From Stylophora pistillata (taxonomy: Eukaryota), in NCBI RefSeq assembly GCF_002571385.2, contig NW_019218190.1, positions 1 through 64,000 of the forward strand: a DNA stretch of 64,000 nucleotides. The letters run 5' to 3'. The notes beneath the pieces were generated by a model. The model searched no databases. It had not been told where the DNA came from and saw nothing but the letters and a program-made list of their open reading frames with translations. The position numbers and the translations under genes were made by a program. Shown one piece after another: positions 61,101 to 64,000 of this stretch. Numbering within the stretch: the first letter of the stretch is position 1; every line of letters begins with the position of its first letter.

Positions 61101-63040
61101 GGATGACTACTCCGATAACAACTGCTTAAAATTATCTTTACAGGTCAATTTCATGTCTGCACAAATGTTGGCAGCGGCTGCTAGCAAATCTGCAGGAGCA
61201 GGTATGTTGTTTACTCGGATGTGAAGCGAGGCGCTCAATTTTCAATTTTAGTAACCACTCTTCTTGGATTTCTGGACCAGGTGTTACTTCTTGTCATTGT
61301 TCCAAGAGTTTTTCTCGGTATTCTTACGTTTTCTTCCCTAAATTTGTTTTGTTTTGTTTTGTTTTGTTTTTTTTTTTCACCTAATGAACTAGGAACTGAA
61401 GAGCCTGTGTCCGATGACATGCAGCTACTAGAACAGCAGGCTCTTGCTGTGGCAGCAGCTAAGGCTAAGACAGACGTAGCCGCCAAGTTGAAGGAGAAAG
61501 TCTTGTTTGTCAGGTGAGTGTGGGACTCTGTTTGATAGTGAAAAACTTATACTTGCAATGCCAGCCTAGCGATTTAGCTTCCATAAAGTTGACTCACTGT
61601 CCTTCTTTTTCTATGTCTTTCAGGGGTGAAACAAGTCAGGGTGATAATGAAAATAATGAACCAGTTACTAACCCCGAAGAGATCGACATTGATGATGATG
61701 ATGATGATGATGATGACGACGAAGCTGAGAAGGAAGATGAAGAGGGTAAAGATGTTTCTATGACTTAATTATTGGGGTACTTCCTCATGAGGCTCCTCTA
61801 GTAAGAGGACAACTTCATTCGAAAGACCCGAACTTTGATCCAGATTATAAAAAAACTCCTATCACCTTTTTAATTGTGGCCCTCATCGAAGGGACCTCTC
61901 TATATTCGGAAACACTTTTTTTACTCCGAATATTGCCCCCATCATAGGAGTTCCACCGTTTATTGCACTCGTAATAGTGTCTTGACGGTAGACGAGATAA
62001 GAGCTATGACTCGTTCAGATTCTCATGAGAATTTTGTGAATTTCTTTTACTGGCTGAACAGTCAAGTTTACCTCACGCCATACGAGCTCAATATCCTGTT
62101 AACGCTAAAAAGAGGCATCCAGGCTTTTCAATTTAAAACACTTTTTTTAGGAACGCCGACTGGATAGTTTTACGAAAAATAGATTTTTTAGTCGTGGTAT
62201 GTCGAACTTGTAGGATGGATGCCAGCTTGCAAAGATCTTGGTCTGCAGGCCATGGATTCACTTGCATAGCAGCATTTTTTGTGAGCACCTTGAGGTACAT
62301 TGCTGTGGAGCCGCGAAAAAATTGCGGCGAAGTTGCAGAAAGAAGGGCGCGGAAAACTACACTGAAGAGACTCAGCGCAGAAATATCAAATAAGTACTAG
62401 AAAGTCATTTCTTAAGTCTTTATCCGCGAAACTAATCACAACGTAATGACTGTTGCCTTTGCAGAAATTCAAGTCGAAGAGCAGTTGGTTCCGAGCAAGG
62501 TTGGTTCTTACAGAAGATTTATTTTCTGTAAACCCTCAGGTTGAAATTAGCTCAATCTGTTTGGTTATTATCTCCTTCAAAAGCGGACAACATTTCCGAA
62601 AGAACTTTGTTTTATGTCAAAATGTATCACCTTAAACTGATCAGTAAGTCTTTTCTCTTAATCATTGTTTGTTGGGATAAAAAATGAGTTTCGATCACCG
62701 CCAGAGCTTAAGTGACCGAATGAAATGGTAAAACTTAATTCGTATAACATGATTTCGTTATTATTAACCACCATTGTCAGCCATAATAACCCTAACCTAG
62801 TCAAACGTACCAACTCACTATTCTCCCATAAAATATTTCATTCATTAGTTAATTTTTTAACATTTTTTCATACCTTAGTACCACGCACAGCGTTGTCTTT
62901 TGTCTGTTTTTCAGGTTGTGTCTTCTGTTTTACAATGAAAATCCCAAATAGATTGATATGAGTCTTGTCTTATGACCCTTTGCATTAAAAGGCTTTTTTT
63001 GTTGCAGGTGTTTGGCGGATTAAAACGCGATGACGACTGA
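49117..63040 (+). CDS. XAB2: Pre-mRNA-splicing factor SYF1 / XAB2 (HAT-repeat protein), 27 coding exons
   Basis: Exons 49117-49146, 50199-50350, 50529-50582, 51132-51201, 51516-51713, 52207-52302 (duplicate 53232-53327), 53715-53753, 54061-54105, 54207-54326, 55175-55234, 55733-55817, 56357-56429, 56891-57190, 57841-57916, 58003-58089, 58617-58730, 59124-59210, 59475-59550, 59646-59755, 60120-60223, 60641-60740, 60821-60937, 61144-61201, 61393-61513, 61624-61745, 62465-62499, 63008-63040. [70 protein letters not shown]. Confidence 0.95.
49350..49785 (-). mobile_element. 3' end fragment of an L2/CR1-group LINE in XAB2 intron 1
   Basis: HPLKSLLP...[19 protein letters not shown]2 C-terminus, an AT-rich 3' UTR and AATAAA on the minus strand. 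Confidence 0.6.
49830..49974. mobile_element. MITE with TAG...CTA ends
   Basis: TIR taggtggtttgca / tgcaaaccaccta. Confidence 0.65.
50733..50869. mobile_element. Merlin-like MITE, copy 2 (reverse orientation to 33775-33908)
   Basis: Same TIR and internal sequence as copy 1. TSD caaaaatc on both sides. Confidence 0.85.
52616..53535 (+). repeat. Duplicate of ~51735-52515 across an N gap, including XAB2 exon 6 (probable assembly overlap)
   Basis: Virtually identical sequence on both sides of a 100-N gap. Confidence 0.8.
54449..54965 (+). mobile_element. Penelope-like element 3' fragment: GIY-YIG endonuclease and terminal repeat with minimal hammerhead motif
   Basis: [35 protein letters not shown]...PVARHF...E..LIF..G.L.P.GIN*, followed by gct-ccgacga-agggctaacgctc-gaaa-cgtc-agc. 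Confidence 0.9.
54865..54898 (+). ncRNA. Minimal type I hammerhead ribozyme-like motif (core variant CCGACGA)
   Basis: Stem I gct/agc, stem II gggc/gctc, GAAA, palindromic acgt in place of stem III, GTC cleavage triplet at 54893-54895. Confidence 0.55.
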
Positions 63041-63266
63041 GGTGATTGAAGAGACGCTGGATTTGACAACAACGAGAGCGTGGTGAATTTTCACCAGCCT
63101 TTATTCCAACCCACATGTACTCCATAGCTGTAAACCTTAAAAAACACACATTTTCTCATTCTAGAGTTTTACTTCTCAAACAGGAAATAAAATTCAGCTT
63201 TATACAAAATATTCTCTACAGTGTTGCTGGTGAGTGATTTCCGCGATTACGCATTGTTTGGAGTTT

Positions 63267-64000
63267 TTAAGCAAGCTTTGCGTGTTTAAGCAATATAGGT
63301 GCGCCAGATTCCAAGTCAGGAATGGTGCCTTCCAAAACTTCTATGTTAACTTTCACATTCGGGTTAAATGTGACAGAAGTTTTTCTCCGCTCTCTTCTAC
63401 GAAGAATAACCTCGCGAGAAGCGTCTCGAAAATTTTTGTTATAAAATGCGTAGATAACAGGGTTATACACAGATGCTGACAGACCGACCCAAAATGTAAT
63501 TAATTCTGCTCTGGAAATAGTATCGTATCGCTTTTCTACGAGGATAGAATATTTTGATACGACTGAAAATGGAGCCCAGCTTACAAAGAACGCACAAACA
63601 ACCAAACCCAAGCTCTTGATCACATTTCGTCGCTTTCGGCTCTTGATGGTGTTTCTCTTCCATACTGTTTTTAAAATGTTGTAATAGAGAAGCACGATTG
63701 CCAAAAGAGGAAAAAGAAATGCCAAAATTCCTCTTATTGTTAAATAAGTTGAACCAAGTTTGGGAAATGAGGAAGTTTCCTTTATGCCACAGAACTTGTA
63801 AACTTCATTATTAAGTGTAATGGGACGAGAATTTATCAAATACAGCACTGGCATTGCTATGAATATTGCAGACGCCCAGCAGAATATTGCGAGGAATTTG
63901 ACTTTCGTTCGGTATAAAAACTTAAGCGGGTAACAGATCAAAAGGAATCTATCGACTGCTGTGGCAGTTAGGATGTTAACAGATGCAGGTGGAAGAAGGT
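63267..64000 (-). CDS. Class A (rhodopsin-like) GPCR, TM3-TM7 and C-tail (5' part beyond the window)
   Basis: LTATAVDRFLLICYP (DRY-like), TM4 W, TM5 FLFPL, TM6 FFVSWAPF, TM7 NPVIYAF and helix 8 NKNFR. No intron in the visible part. Confidence 0.9.
   Translation of the reverse strand, partial: LLPPASVNILTATAVDRFLLICYPLKFLYRTKVKFLAIFCWASAIFIAMPVLYLINSRPITLNNEVYKFCGIKETSSFPKLGSTYLTIRGILAFLFPLLAIVLLYYNILKTVWKRNTIKSRKRRNVIKSLGLVVCAFFVSWAPFSVVSKYSILVEKRYDTISRAELITFWVGLSASVYNPVIYAFYNKNFRDASREVILRRRERRKTSVTFNPNVKVNIEVLEGTIPDLESGAPILLKHAKLA

Overview
This is eukaryotic, intron-rich, AT-rich genomic DNA with three N-gaps, most likely from a scleractinian coral or other anthozoan (inferred from the repeat families and a cnidarian-type secreted protein; species not determinable). 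Eight housekeeping genes form four consecutive head-to-head pairs: DHPS(-)/COQ4(+), PSMB1(-)/LSM2(+), CSNK2B(-)/POLE3(+) and PIN1(-)/XAB2(+). The window also holds a 3-exon secreted PAN-EGF-unknown-domain gene and the 3' part of a class A GPCR. From recalled human map positions, seven of the eight housekeeping genes have orthologues in MHC paralogon regions (6p21.3, 9q32-34, 19p13), suggesting a proto-MHC linkage block. Introns are packed with mobile DNA: stacked (TAA)n-associated R4/Dong-like non-LTR elements, a deleted BEL/Pao LTR element, Penelope fragments with minimal hammerhead motifs, and many MITEs. The most unusual items are a TAYGG-ended (IS3EU-like) transposon with a 6-bp TSD carrying a decayed alpha-kinase domain, a TIR element carrying a tRNA-like Pol III cassette, and a 25-bp tandem array with a locally copied insert. 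Exon coordinates were read by eye from GT-AG signals and homology, so they may be off by a few bases. No prokaryote-type system such as CRISPR is supported.
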